Shown here: positions 1-9,400 of the stretch, one piece after another | Position numbering within the stretch: the first letter of the stretch is position 1 | How the letters are laid out: each line of letters begins with the position of its first letter | Assembly (NCBI GenBank): GCA_039801885.1 | Contig: JBDRVN010000008.1 | Coordinates: 1 to 44,950, forward strand | Origin: a candidate division WOR-3 bacterium | GTDB lineage: Bacteria; Hydrothermota; Tepidihabitantia; Tepidihabitantales; DTDR01 | Direction: 5' to 3' | DNA: 44,950 nucleotides | Notes under the pieces: model-generated | Told to the model about the DNA's origin: nothing | What the model saw: the letters and a program-made list of their open reading frames with translations, nothing else | Databases searched by the model: none | Program-made: the position numbers and the translations under genes

Positions 1-33
1 AACCCTTATTAGATATATTATAACAAAATTACT

Positions 34-1329
34 CTAAAAACAATTTATAATCTTTCCTGTCTTAAAAGATTCTCCTATTTTTAAACGATAAAAATAGATA
101 TTTTTCGGCAAATTATTGAGGTCAAGTTTTAACTCATATCTACCGGCTTCTTGGGTTTTATTTAATAAGGTTATAACTTCTCTTCCGAAATTATCGTAAA
201 TTGTCAATCTCACATTGGCTCTTTTCGGCACTTCATAATTTATTACCAAAATTCCCTTGGCAAAAAAAGAATGGCTTGTGAGATTTTTTTCTTTAATTGC
301 TGTTCCTTGGGTATCAAGGAGATAGGCTTCATCGCGACCGGTTTGGGCATTGTATCCCCGACCAGCAATATAACGACCATTAGAAGAGATTGCCATCGCA
401 TCTCTTAAAATACAACCAGGTGGTATAACATTCGCGTAGAGAACATTTAAATCTTCCATTCCCCGTTCTGGTGTCCAGATAAAGGCATGCCAATTACCAG
501 TAGAGACTTCTGACCAGCCAACAACAATGCTACCATCATAATTACAAGCCCAGGCTTCACTCCAATCACCACCTAATGTTCCCAAGTTAACCATTCCCGT
601 ATTTCTTGTCCAACGAAAGGCTTTGATCGGCACTGATGAGACTGGTCCCCAACCACCAACTACTACTTCACCATTACCAGAGATGCCAATCGCTTCACTA
701 AAACCAAAAGCCGGATTATGGATATCTTCCATTACACCATTTTCCCAACGAAAGGCATGATGGATTTGGTTTTCAAAACCTGACCAACCAGCAACTACCC
801 GACCATCTAAGGAAATAGCCGTTCCGAAACTACGTAAAGCACCAGGAAGGACTCCTAAATCTTGCATACCCGAATCAGGCTTCCAACGAAAGGCGTGATT
901 ATAACCGCTAATATGCTCAGCACCACCAGCAACAACCGAGCCATCATAAGAAACAGTTCGCGCCCAACTTACCCTTCCGCCCAAAGTGCCAAATTGATAC
1001 ATTGTATCATTATACCAGCGAAAACCTCGGTAATCATTACCACTACCAATAAATCCATAACCAACAACCACTTCACCATTTGCCGATAATCCCCAGGATT
1101 CCGCATCTCGGTTAGGAACCAAAGGTTGAATAATTATCATTCCACTATCCGGCTTCCATCGCCAGGCATAATGAGGACTATAAACTCCTGCCCAACCAAC
1201 CACTACCCGACCATTATCAGAAACCCCATGGACTTCGGCATAAGGAGTTCCCAAAGAACCAAGCCAAGTTAAAGATTGAGAGAATACTAAATTAATAAAA
1301 AATAATACTAAAAATGATTTCTTACCCAT
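34..1329 (-). CDS. Secreted HAF-repeat (beta-propeller) protein with C-terminal T9SS-type sorting domain
   Basis: Repeats of 'S.DG.VV.G...HAFRW...GM.DLG.LGG..S.A'; signal peptide ending LVFS|Q; C-terminal 'YEVPKRANVRLTIYDNFGREV...IYFYRLKIG...KII'. ATG at 1329 preferred over GTG 1335 because AGGAG (1339-1335) is 5 nt upstream. Confidence 0.9.
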   Translation of the reverse strand: MGKKSFLVLFFINLVFSQSLTWLGSLGTPYAEVHGVSDNGRVVVGWAGVYSPHYAWRWKPDSGMIIIQPLVPNRDAESWGLSANGEVVVGYGFIGSGNDYRGFRWYNDTMYQFGTLGGRVSWARTVSYDGSVVAGGAEHISGYNHAFRWKPDSGMQDLGVLPGALRSFGTAISLDGRVVAGWSGFENQIHHAFRWENGVMEDIHNPAFGFSEAIGISGNGEVVVGGWGPVSSVPIKAFRWTRNTGMVNLGTLGGDWSEAWACNYDGSIVVGWSEVSTGNWHAFIWTPERGMEDLNVLYANVIPPGCILRDAMAISSNGRYIAGRGYNAQTGRDEAYLLDTQGTAIKEKNLTSHSFFAKGILVINYEVPKRANVRLTIYDNFGREVITLLNKTQEAGRYELKLDLNNLPKNIYFYRLKIGESFKTGKIINCF

Positions 1330-1334
1330 CTTCA

Positions 1335-1438
1335 CTCCTTTTTAAAAATAACCTCTACCGGCGGGCAGGAAAGAAAGGTAAAAATGGAAATAAAAAGGAG
1401 GTAAAAAATGAAAAGGACCTGCCCGCCATTAATTTTTA
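1335..1438 (-). ncRNA. Candidate structured leader or sRNA: GC stem with pyrimidine-rich anti-SD/anti-AUG loop
   Basis: Perfect 10-bp inverted repeat GGCGGGCAGG 1360-1369 / CCTGCCCGCC 1418-1427 around a 48-nt loop; second interlocking 10-bp IR 1335-1344 / 1391-1400 covers the SD of the HAF gene; lies just downstream of a consensus promoter. Confidence 0.55.
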
Positions 1439-1444
1439 TGATTA

Positions 1445-1473
1445 ATTATAACAAATTTATTTTTAATTTTCAA
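1445..1473 (-). promoter_or_regulatory. sigma70 promoter TTGAAA-17-TATAAT (extended -10) for leader/HAF gene
   Basis: Reverse complement of 1468-1473 and 1445-1450, 17-nt spacer. Confidence 0.75.
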
Positions 1474-1477
1474 TCTT

Positions 1478-1505
1478 TTGACTTTTCTTCTATTTTCTTT
1501 AAAAT
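1478..1505 (+). promoter_or_regulatory. sigma70 promoter TTGACT-16-TAAAAT, leaderless start at 1512
   Basis: -10 ends 6 nt before ATG; no SD. Confidence 0.6.
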
Positions 1506-1511
1506 TAATTT

Positions 1512-2039
1512 ATGAAGAAAAATTTGGTTACCAATTTAAGAGAGATAACAAGAGTTTTTGTTTCTTTTCCTTGTGTTTTGGTTTCCTGTTCCTATGAAGG
1601 AAAGGATAATATTATTAGTATCGGTATGGTTCACATCTTCTCTTTTAATCCACCATTGATTGGCATTGGTGTTGCGCCTTCTCGTTATTCCTATTCTTTA
1701 ATTAAGAATTCGCGCGAGTTTGTTATCAATATTCCCAATAAAGATATGGTAGAAATTGTCAATTTCTGTGGTGAAAAGACCGGTAAGGAAGTTGATAAAT
1801 TTAAAGAGATGAATTTAACCAAGGAGAAGGCAAGCAAAGTAAATTGTCCAAGAATTAAAGAATGTCCAGTAAATTTAGAATGTAAGGTAAAATACGAGTT
1901 TGAAACCGGTGACCATACTTGGTTTATTGGTGAAATCTTGGCTTGTTATGTTGCTGAAAATTACCAAAGGGAAGATAATTTGTTATATTGGGGTGGAAAG
2001 TATTATTCCATTGGTAAGGTTATTAAAATAAGGTATTAA
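1512..2039 (+). CDS. Flavin reductase-like FMN-binding protein
   Basis: PCVLVS, SFNPPLIGI, EFVINIP, CPRIKECPVNLEC, GDHTWFIGEI motifs. Confidence 0.9.
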   Translation: MKKNLVTNLREITRVFVSFPCVLVSCSYEGKDNIISIGMVHIFSFNPPLIGIGVAPSRYSYSLIKNSREFVINIPNKDMVEIVNFCGEKTGKEVDKFKEMNLTKEKASKVNCPRIKECPVNLECKVKYEFETGDHTWFIGEILACYVAENYQREDNLLYWGGKYYSIGKVIKIRY

Positions 2040-4741
2040 TGCTTTTTCTTTTAATTCCCTTAATCTTTTCTCAATATGGTAAGAACAAGATTCAGTATCA
2101 GGATTTCTCTTTTTATTATTTAGAAGGAGAGAAGTTTTTATTATACTACCAAGAAGGAAGTGAAGATTTAGCCAATTTTTCTTATGAGGTTTGTGAAAAG
2201 ACCATTGAAGAATACGAAGATATTTTTAATTTCCGCTTAAGAAGAAAGATTCCGATAATTATTTATAATTCACCCGGTCAATTTCAGCAGACTAATATTA
2301 TTTTGGATTTACTTGAAGAAGGGATTTTGGGATTTGCGGAAGTTTTTAAAAACCGGGTTGTTTTGCCTTTTACCGGTTCCTATTATGATTTTCTATATAC
2401 TTTAAGGCACGAGATTGCCCATATCTTGGAATACGAGTATTATTGGAAAAGGGGCTTATCAACTCTTTTATCTTTAACACCGGAATTTACTTTGCCCACT
2501 TGGTTTATGGAAGGACTTTCCGAATATTTAAGCAATAGAAGAAATTCCCTTCATCCGATAATTATTGCCGATTTATTAATCAACGATAAATCTATTACCC
2601 TATCTTCTTTGCCGGAAGGAAGTTATCTCAATTATGTTTTAGGCGAACATTTTTTTATCTTTTTAGAAGATAGATATTCTAATAAGAAGGCATACGAGTT
2701 TTTAAGGGAGGTAAAGAAAAGAAAAGGAATTGATGGCGCTTGTAAGAAAAGTTTTGGCAAAAGTTTTTCTTCCTTAGAGAAGGATTTTTTAGATTATCTA
2801 AAAGAGAGATATTATCCCTTAATATATAAAAAAAATAATTTTACTAAGAAGGCAAGAATAATCCTTGACCACCAAAAAGAGAAAAGAAGATATAATATTT
2901 TTCCTGTCCCAATTTCCGAAACAGAATTTCTTTATCTTTCTTATAAAGATGACCAGGTATCTATTTTTTCTTATTCTTTTCTTAAAGAGAAATCTAAACT
3001 TCTCTTAAAAGGAGTCTCTTTTTTCGGGACTGGTGAGATAAGTATCTTAAAACCGGCTCTCACTTATTGCCCAAAAGAAAATGCTATTTATTATATCAAA
3101 AGATTAAGAGGAAAAATCTATCTTTGTAAATATTCTCTAAAAACGAAAAAAGAAGAAAGATATCATCTGCCTTTAGAAGATGCCTATCATTTAAATATTT
3201 CACCAGATAATAAAAAGCTTGTTCTTTGCGGAATAAAAAATGGGAAAAGTAATTTGTATCTCTTTCTTTTTGAGAAAAAAGAACTTTTCCCCTTGACCAG
3301 TGATATCTTTGAAGAAAAAGATCCCTATTTTTTCAATAACGAGACCTTACTTTTCATAAGCGACCGAGAGAAATTAGGAAATTACGGAATCTATTTATAC
3401 TCATTAAATGACAAAATAATCAAAAAACTTTACGAACCAAAAGGAATTGAACTATCTTCCCTAATTCCTATCTCTTTTAGTTCTTTGGATACCTTGCTTT
3501 TTGTTTTAGATTATGAATTAGTTATCTATTCATTAAAAGAGAATAAGATTTTATATAAAAGTGATTTTCTTGGTGCCTGTCAGACGCCGATTGTTTATAA
3601 AGATAAAATTTTCTTTTCTTATTATCATAATCAAGGATATTCAATATCCCAGATTGATAATCTTTCTTCTTTAAGAAAAGAGCAGGAATTTAAACTAAAA
3701 GAAAAAGAAGAAAAGGAATTTTCTTATCCGGAAACCAGTTTAATAAAAGAGAATAGAAAATATAATTTTTCCCTTTCCGCAGATTATGCCACTGGTCAGG
3801 CATTCTTCTCTTCGGGGTTAGGATTTACCGGTAATTTCTTAATATCTCTATCCGACCTTCTTGGTAATCACCGGTTTTTAATCTTAACGAACCTTTATGG
3901 ACTTATTGATTTTTCCAATTTTTACTTCTCTTATGCCTATCTAAAAAGAAGGGAAGATTATTATTTTACCTTATTTCAATATGTTGATTTTTATTATTGG
4001 CGCGGCGATACTTTTTTAACGGTTACCCAAAAAGGATTCTTTCCAGTTGTTTCCTATCCTTTTACCAAATTTTTAAGAAGCGAATTTGGCTTATTACTTT
4101 ATTTAAGAGATTTTAGATTTTACTATCAGAAAGAAGAGATATACGAGATTGAAAAGAAAAGGATTAGTGAGAAATTTTTATATAACTATTTTTCTTTGGT
4201 TTATGACAATGCCCTTTTTTCCGATTTTGGACCGATTAAAGGACAGAGGTTTTTGTTAGAGCCTTATTTTACTCTTCCGCCCAGTGATTCAATCTTTCAG
4301 AGTTTATATTTAGAAACAAGAGATTATTTTAATATCTATGATAACTCTTATATCCTTGCCTTTCTTTTTGGTGGAATCGCAAGTTTTGGTGGAAATAGAG
4401 AAAGGTTTTATCCGGATGGCAACTATGTCCGCGGTTATGAGCTTATTTATCCGGAAGACGAGTCTACCAATTTTTATCTTCTATTAGGTAAATTAGAATT
4501 TCGTGCTCCCTTTGTGGAGATTTTAAAATTGGGCTTTCCTTTGCCAATAACAATAAAAAATATCCGAGGAAATACCTTTTTAGATTTTGGCACCAACTTT
4601 AAAAAATCTATTTGGGGAGCTGGTTTTGGCTTAAGGTTTTTTGTTGGCTATTTTCCTTTTATGATTGACTTTGCCTATCCCCTATCTAAAAAAGAAGAGC
4701 GGTACTGGCAAATTACTTTCGGTATCAAAGAAGACTGGTAG
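2039..4741 (+). CDS. Outer-membrane protein: peptidase MA-like (HExxH) + TolB/PD40 propeller + Omp85-like barrel
   Basis: QYGKNKIQY start, HEIAH and WFMEGLSEY, SPDNKKLV repeat, 'SDLLGNHR', YVRGY, KLEFRAP, GAGFGLRF...DFAYP, terminal W. Confidence 0.8.
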   Translation: MLFLLIPLIFSQYGKNKIQYQDFSFYYLEGEKFLLYYQEGSEDLANFSYEVCEKTIEEYEDIFNFRLRRKIPIIIYNSPGQFQQTNIILDLLEEGILGFAEVFKNRVVLPFTGSYYDFLYTLRHEIAHILEYEYYWKRGLSTLLSLTPEFTLPTWFMEGLSEYLSNRRNSLHPIIIADLLINDKSITLSSLPEGSYLNYVLGEHFFIFLEDRYSNKKAYEFLREVKKRKGIDGACKKSFGKSFSSLEKDFLDYLKERYYPLIYKKNNFTKKARIILDHQKEKRRYNIFPVPISETEFLYLSYKDDQVSIFSYSFLKEKSKLLLKGVSFFGTGEISILKPALTYCPKENAIYYIKRLRGKIYLCKYSLKTKKEERYHLPLEDAYHLNISPDNKKLVLCGIKNGKSNLYLFLFEKKELFPLTSDIFEEKDPYFFNNETLLFISDREKLGNYGIYLYSLNDKIIKKLYEPKGIELSSLIPISFSSLDTLLFVLDYELVIYSLKENKILYKSDFLGACQTPIVYKDKIFFSYYHNQGYSISQIDNLSSLRKEQEFKLKEKEEKEFSYPETSLIKENRKYNFSLSADYATGQAFFSSGLGFTGNFLISLSDLLGNHRFLILTNLYGLIDFSNFYFSYAYLKRREDYYFTLFQYVDFYYWRGDTFLTVTQKGFFPVVSYPFTKFLRSEFGLLLYLRDFRFYYQKEEIYEIEKKRISEKFLYNYFSLVYDNALFSDFGPIKGQRFLLEPYFTLPPSDSIFQSLYLETRDYFNIYDNSYILAFLFGGIASFGGNRERFYPDGNYVRGYELIYPEDESTNFYLLLGKLEFRAPFVEILKLGFPLPITIKNIRGNTFLDFGTNFKKSIWGAGFGLRFFVGYFPFMIDFAYPLSKKEERYWQITFGIKEDW

Positions 4742-7700
4742 ATGAAGAAATTTTTTCTTTTTGCTTATCTCTTTTCCTTCACATTTTCCCAAAGATTTAC
4801 CTTTGAATTAAAAGAATTTAAATTAGAAAAATTTGAAGACGCTGATTTTATCTATGTGCCCAATTTAAATTATCAATACCTTCCTTCTTTACCCAATTAC
4901 GAAGATTTTATCTGGTTAACCAGTGATAGTGCCGAAATCAAGATACTAAACTTTTCCTATGAGATAAAAGAAGGTATTTATTTAAAAGAAGAAGATTTCA
5001 ATAAAAAACTGCTTAACTTAGAATATTTAGGAAAAAAAGAAAATAAAAATCTCTTTAAGATCACAATCAACCCTTTTCAATATGATAAAGATAAGAAAAC
5101 CCTAAAAATCTATAAAAAAATTGATTATGAAATTAAAGAACTTAAAAAATTAAAAAGCGCGCCTTCCCCAATTTTAAAAGAATTTCCTTACAAAGATTTG
5201 ATAAAGATTGAAATCTGCTCAACCGGTGTCTATGAGATAACTTATGAAGATTTAAAAAACCTAATACCAATGATTGACCTACTAAATCCAGAATATTTCT
5301 CTTTGTATGATGCCCAGTTTCAAGAGATTCCAATTATTATTCTTGGTGAAGAAGATAAAAAATTTGATAAGAAAGATAAGATTATTTTCTTTGCTAAAGA
5401 ATATTTCTCTTTATATACTTTAAATAATGTCTATTGGCTTTCTCTTTTTAATTTAAATAAAGGAAAAAGAATGAAAAAATATTTGGTAAGTCAAGAGAAA
5501 GAAAGGGCGATTAATTTTGCCCAAGAGAGTTTAAGAATTGAATATGATAATCTCTGTCCGGCAAGAAGCGGAATTTTATGGGTTTGGGAAGAAATTAATA
5601 AACTATCAGGTATCAATAAATTAAGAAAAGAATATAAGTTAGACTTCTTAGATAATCCAATTAGTTTAAAAAAAATATTTTTAAGATTCTGGCCCAAAAA
5701 GGGGAATATCAACCTTTATATCTACCTTAATAATTTACTTTTAGATTCATTAAAATTTATTGGCCAGCCTAGTTATCCCCGATTTGAAGATTTTTTAAGA
5801 GAGAAAGAGATTTTATTAAAAAAAGATAATATTTTAAGCTTCGAATTGGTTGGGCAGGAAGAGATGGTTTTTTATTTTGATTTTTTAGAGATGGAATATA
5901 AAAAAGAACTAATCTTTCAAAACAAGCCGATATTTTTTACCATTGATACCTTAGGCAAATTAGCAATTGAAATTAAAAATCAAAGTAAGGAGAAAGAGAT
6001 ATTTTTATTTGATGTAACTAAAATAGAAGAACCAAAATTTATTGAAAATCTTTATCTGGATTCTTCTTTAATCTTCTTTTCTCAATATTTCTTTGAAAAG
6101 AAAAAATTTTGTTTGTTATCCAACAGGAATTTTAAAAAGCCCATAAAGATAGAAAGAAAGATTTTAGAAAACTTAGAAGGAAATTATGATTATATTATTA
6201 TCACACCAAAAGAACTTTATTCTTCGGCTTTACTTTTGAAAAGTTATCGCCAGAAGACTAATAATTTAAAGATTGGTATTACTTTATTAGAAGATATTTA
6301 TGATGAATATGCTGGTGGTTTAAAAGAGATTTCGGCAATTAAAGAATTCTTAAAAGATAAGAGACCAAAATATTGTTTATTTTTAGGCGATGCTAATTAC
6401 GATTATCGGGGAATTATTAAAAGATTTGTCGGTGTCCCTACTTATGAATGGGGTTATGATTATGAGCCGGGTGCTTATACTGATAAAGGTTTATGCTTTG
6501 ATAGTTATTTTGCTGATTTAGATGGCAACGGTGCTTCTCCGGATATTATCTTAACAAGATTACCGATAAGAAACGAAGAAGAGATGAAAATCTTTTTAAG
6601 AAAATTACAAGAATACGAAAAAAATCAATTCATCCCTTCCAATAAAATTCTCTTACTTTTGGCGGATGACGAATATAATGGTGATACCGGAAGAAAAGAC
6701 CCAATTTGGCGGGACCATTATGGTGGTTGTGAACTTATTGGCAATATTAATAATAATCAATATCTATTAAAAAAAATCTATCTTTTTGATTATCCTTTTT
6801 TAAAAAGCAATGATAAAGGAAATGCCAAAGAAGATTTAACAAAATCTATTAATAAAGGGATAGGAGTTTTATGCTATTTTGGTCACGGAGCCGGTGATAA
6901 ACTTGCCCACGAAAATCTCTTTTCTTTAAACGATATTTATCAATTAGAAAACAAAGGAAAATATTTCTTTGGTTTCTTTGCTAGTTGCGGCGTTGGCCGT
7001 TTTGACGAAACGGAATATGAATGTTTAGCCGAAGAATTGATAAGAAATCCTAACGGTGCGATTGCGACCGTTGCTGGTAGCAAAGCAACAAGCACAATCA
7101 GCAACAAATACTTAGCCGAGATTATGTTTAACAACATCTTTTCCCAAACCTGTTCAACCTTTGCCGAAGCATTTTTTAAAGCCTGGTACATTGACAAAAA
7201 ATACCATTTCTTTGGCGAACCCTTAACCAAAATTCCCTTTTTCCCATTAAAAAGAAATAATTTAAAAACCGATGAGACATTAAAAACAGCCAGAGTATTT
7301 TTAATAAAAGATACCCTTTTGGAAAAAGAAGGAAAGGCAATAATTTTTGCCTTCTTACCAAAAAGAAGAAGAGTTTATAATTCCTGGTTTGGCCAGATTT
7401 ACTACGATTTACCCCAAGATTTTTTCTATTTAAATTATTCTGAAATAAAAGACAATAAAATTATTGACTCCTTTTTTGTTCCCAAAATTCCTTTTCCGGA
7501 TACTATTTACCTTACTGATGGGATTTCCTATTTTTTAAACCCTTCAGCAAATATCTATCTCACAATCAAAGGAAAGGATAATTATTCTATCTCCTCACCT
7601 CCTCTCTTCTTCAAAAGAGAGACAAGTAACATAGAAAGTAAAGTAAATTGGGAACTCTTTGCCGATAATAAATTATTAAAAGAAACAACCGAAGTAAATA

Positions 7701-8248
7701 GAAACTTTCTCTTAAAAGGGAAAATCTACTCGCAAACTGGTATTTTACAACTACCCTATCCTTATGCTTGCGGTTTTTATCTAAGTCCTTATCAAAAATT
7801 CTTTGACCTTCTCCCCTATCTTTCTTATCAATCAAATTCCTATACCAATTTAACCTTTTCTTTGCCAATAAGTTTGGTTAACGATACCGCCTCTTTCACA
7901 TTTTATCTCACCGATAACCTTTTCAATAGATTTTCTAAGACTTACTTTTTAAAGGTTTACGAAAAGGATCAAATAAAAGATTTTTGCTTTTTTAAAATAA
8001 ATGAAAATACCTATTGTTTTTCTTTTAATACCAATAAGGTTTTTGAGATTAAAATTAGGGTTTATACCTTAAAGGGGAGATTAATAAAAGAACTGAAAAC
8101 CCTTACAAAAATTGGCAACAATTTTATTTATTGGGATAAAAAAGACTTTATCGGAAATGAACTTGCGAAAGGAATTTATTTAACAAAGGTGATTTACAAT
8201 TTAAATGGCAAAGAAGAAAGTTTTCTAAGAAAGATTATCATTGAATAA
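4742..8248 (+). CDS. C25 (gingipain family) cysteine peptidase, PorU-like, with C-terminal CTD/FlgD-like Ig domain
   Basis: KIEICSTGVYEITYEDL, YDYIIITP, FLGDANYDY, YFGHG (His) and FASC (Cys) catalytic motifs, GAIA, FGEP; C-terminal VYTLKGRLIK...WDKKD...LAKGIY. Confidence 0.85.
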   Translation: MKKFFLFAYLFSFTFSQRFTFELKEFKLEKFEDADFIYVPNLNYQYLPSLPNYEDFIWLTSDSAEIKILNFSYEIKEGIYLKEEDFNKKLLNLEYLGKKENKNLFKITINPFQYDKDKKTLKIYKKIDYEIKELKKLKSAPSPILKEFPYKDLIKIEICSTGVYEITYEDLKNLIPMIDLLNPEYFSLYDAQFQEIPIIILGEEDKKFDKKDKIIFFAKEYFSLYTLNNVYWLSLFNLNKGKRMKKYLVSQEKERAINFAQESLRIEYDNLCPARSGILWVWEEINKLSGINKLRKEYKLDFLDNPISLKKIFLRFWPKKGNINLYIYLNNLLLDSLKFIGQPSYPRFEDFLREKEILLKKDNILSFELVGQEEMVFYFDFLEMEYKKELIFQNKPIFFTIDTLGKLAIEIKNQSKEKEIFLFDVTKIEEPKFIENLYLDSSLIFFSQYFFEKKKFCLLSNRNFKKPIKIERKILENLEGNYDYIIITPKELYSSALLLKSYRQKTNNLKIGITLLEDIYDEYAGGLKEISAIKEFLKDKRPKYCLFLGDANYDYRGIIKRFVGVPTYEWGYDYEPGAYTDKGLCFDSYFADLDGNGASPDIILTRLPIRNEEEMKIFLRKLQEYEKNQFIPSNKILLLLADDEYNGDTGRKDPIWRDHYGGCELIGNINNNQYLLKKIYLFDYPFLKSNDKGNAKEDLTKSINKGIGVLCYFGHGAGDKLAHENLFSLNDIYQLENKGKYFFGFFASCGVGRFDETEYECLAEELIRNPNGAIATVAGSKATSTISNKYLAEIMFNNIFSQTCSTFAEAFFKAWYIDKKYHFFGEPLTKIPFFPLKRNNLKTDETLKTARVFLIKDTLLEKEGKAIIFAFLPKRRRVYNSWFGQIYYDLPQDFFYLNYSEIKDNKIIDSFFVPKIPFPDTIYLTDGISYFLNPSANIYLTIKGKDNYSISSPPLFFKRETSNIESKVNWELFADNKLLKETTEVNRNFLLKGKIYSQTGILQLPYPYACGFYLSPYQKFFDLLPYLSYQSNSYTNLTFSLPISLVNDTASFTFYLTDNLFNRFSKTYFLKVYEKDQIKDFCFFKINENTYCFSFNTNKVFEIKIRVYTLKGRLIKELKTLTKIGNNFIYWDKKDFIGNELAKGIYLTKVIYNLNGKEESFLRKIIIE

Positions 8249-8250
8249 CA

Positions 8251-8279
8251 TTGACTTTTGTTTCGATTGTTTTTATAAT
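8251..8279 (+). promoter_or_regulatory. sigma70 promoter TTGACT-17-TATAAT, leaderless start at 8285
   Basis: Near-consensus; ATG 5 nt after the -10; no SD. Confidence 0.75.
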
Positions 8280-8284
8280 TTATT

Positions 8285-9400
8285 ATGAGAAAATTTTTGG
8301 CTTTTCTTCTTTTTATTACCACCCTTTTTGGTGCCCATGGCTATCCCGGAGCAGTATTTTTAATGATTTGGCCATCAGCCAGACCAACCTCTTTAGGCGG
8401 AAATTTTACCGGTTTAAGTGATGACCCGTCGGCAACTTATTATAATCCCGGTGGTCTTGGGCTTTTAAAAGAAAGATTTAGTGCTGAATTGATGCATTGT
8501 AATTGGCTTCCTGGACTTACCGAAGGATTAGATATTTCAATGTATTATGATTTTCTGGCATTAACTTATAAAACAACTGAAATCGGTACCTTTGGATTCA
8601 ATACCATTTATTTAAATACTGGTGAAACTGAAGTTTGGAATGAAAGAGGCGACTTACTTGGTAAATATACTACCTTTGATTTTGCCTTAACATTCTCTTA
8701 TGGGTATCCAATATTAAACAATTTAGGAGCAGGTTTATCTTGGAAATTTATTTACTCTTATTTGGTTCCGGATTGGGTTTGGAAAGCAATGCCTGAATTA
8801 GGGATTGAAGCCGGTGGCACAGGAATAACTTGGGCATTAGACTTTGGAATGCTTTATAGACCTTTTAACTGGTTTTCTTTTGGCACCTCTTTAAGCAATA
8901 TTGGACCGCCGATTTCTTATATTGCCGGTAGCGAACCCGATCCGTTACCAAGAATGTTAAGAGTTGGTTTAAACTTCTCACCAATAAAGAATGAAAAGAT
9001 AACATTAAATCTGCCAATGGAATTTAATATCGGACTTATTGAAAAGGCTGATACTTCTACTTCGGAGTGGGAAGATATGTGGAAAAGTTTTGGTATTGAA
9101 ACCAGAATTTTAAATAATCTTTTCTCTTTAAGACTTGGTTATTTTGAAGATGTAACCGGCTGGCGGGGCGGGGTAATTGTTGAAGACGAGAATAATGAGC
9201 AAGATTGCATTTCAGTATTTGAATATCTTTTTAATAGAAAAGGAAGAAAACTTATTAAAGGTGATAGAAAAATTTCTATTCCCTTTACCTGGGGAATTGG
9301 TTTTTCTTATAAAAATTTCAGTTTAGACATCTCTTCTGATGAATTAATTTATAGTTTTCCAACTACTAATTACAAATTTTCTTTTACTTTTCGGATGTGA
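8285..9400 (+). CDS. PorV/PorQ family outer-membrane beta-barrel
   Basis: GAVFLMIWPSARPTSLGG...DDPSATYYNPGGL N-terminus, ALDFG, NIGPPISY...DPLP, LRLGY. Confidence 0.85.
   Translation: MRKFLAFLLFITTLFGAHGYPGAVFLMIWPSARPTSLGGNFTGLSDDPSATYYNPGGLGLLKERFSAELMHCNWLPGLTEGLDISMYYDFLALTYKTTEIGTFGFNTIYLNTGETEVWNERGDLLGKYTTFDFALTFSYGYPILNNLGAGLSWKFIYSYLVPDWVWKAMPELGIEAGGTGITWALDFGMLYRPFNWFSFGTSLSNIGPPISYIAGSEPDPLPRMLRVGLNFSPIKNEKITLNLPMEFNIGLIEKADTSTSEWEDMWKSFGIETRILNNLFSLRLGYFEDVTGWRGGVIVEDENNEQDCISVFEYLFNRKGRKLIKGDRKISIPFTWGIGFSYKNFSLDISSDELIYSFPTTNYKFSFTFRM

Noticed and set aside
610-894. Periodic 12-bp repeat CCAACGAAAGGC (610, 745, 883) resembling an array
   Set aside because: Spacing of 135/138 nt is in frame and encodes the AFRW motif of HAF repeats; not CRISPR.
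1408-1515. 35-aa plus-strand ORF with perfect SD, overlapping the 1512 ATG
   Set aside because: Runs across two divergent promoters, has low-complexity sequence and no evident upstream promoter; better explained as the complement of the anti-SD RNA loop. Not fully excluded.
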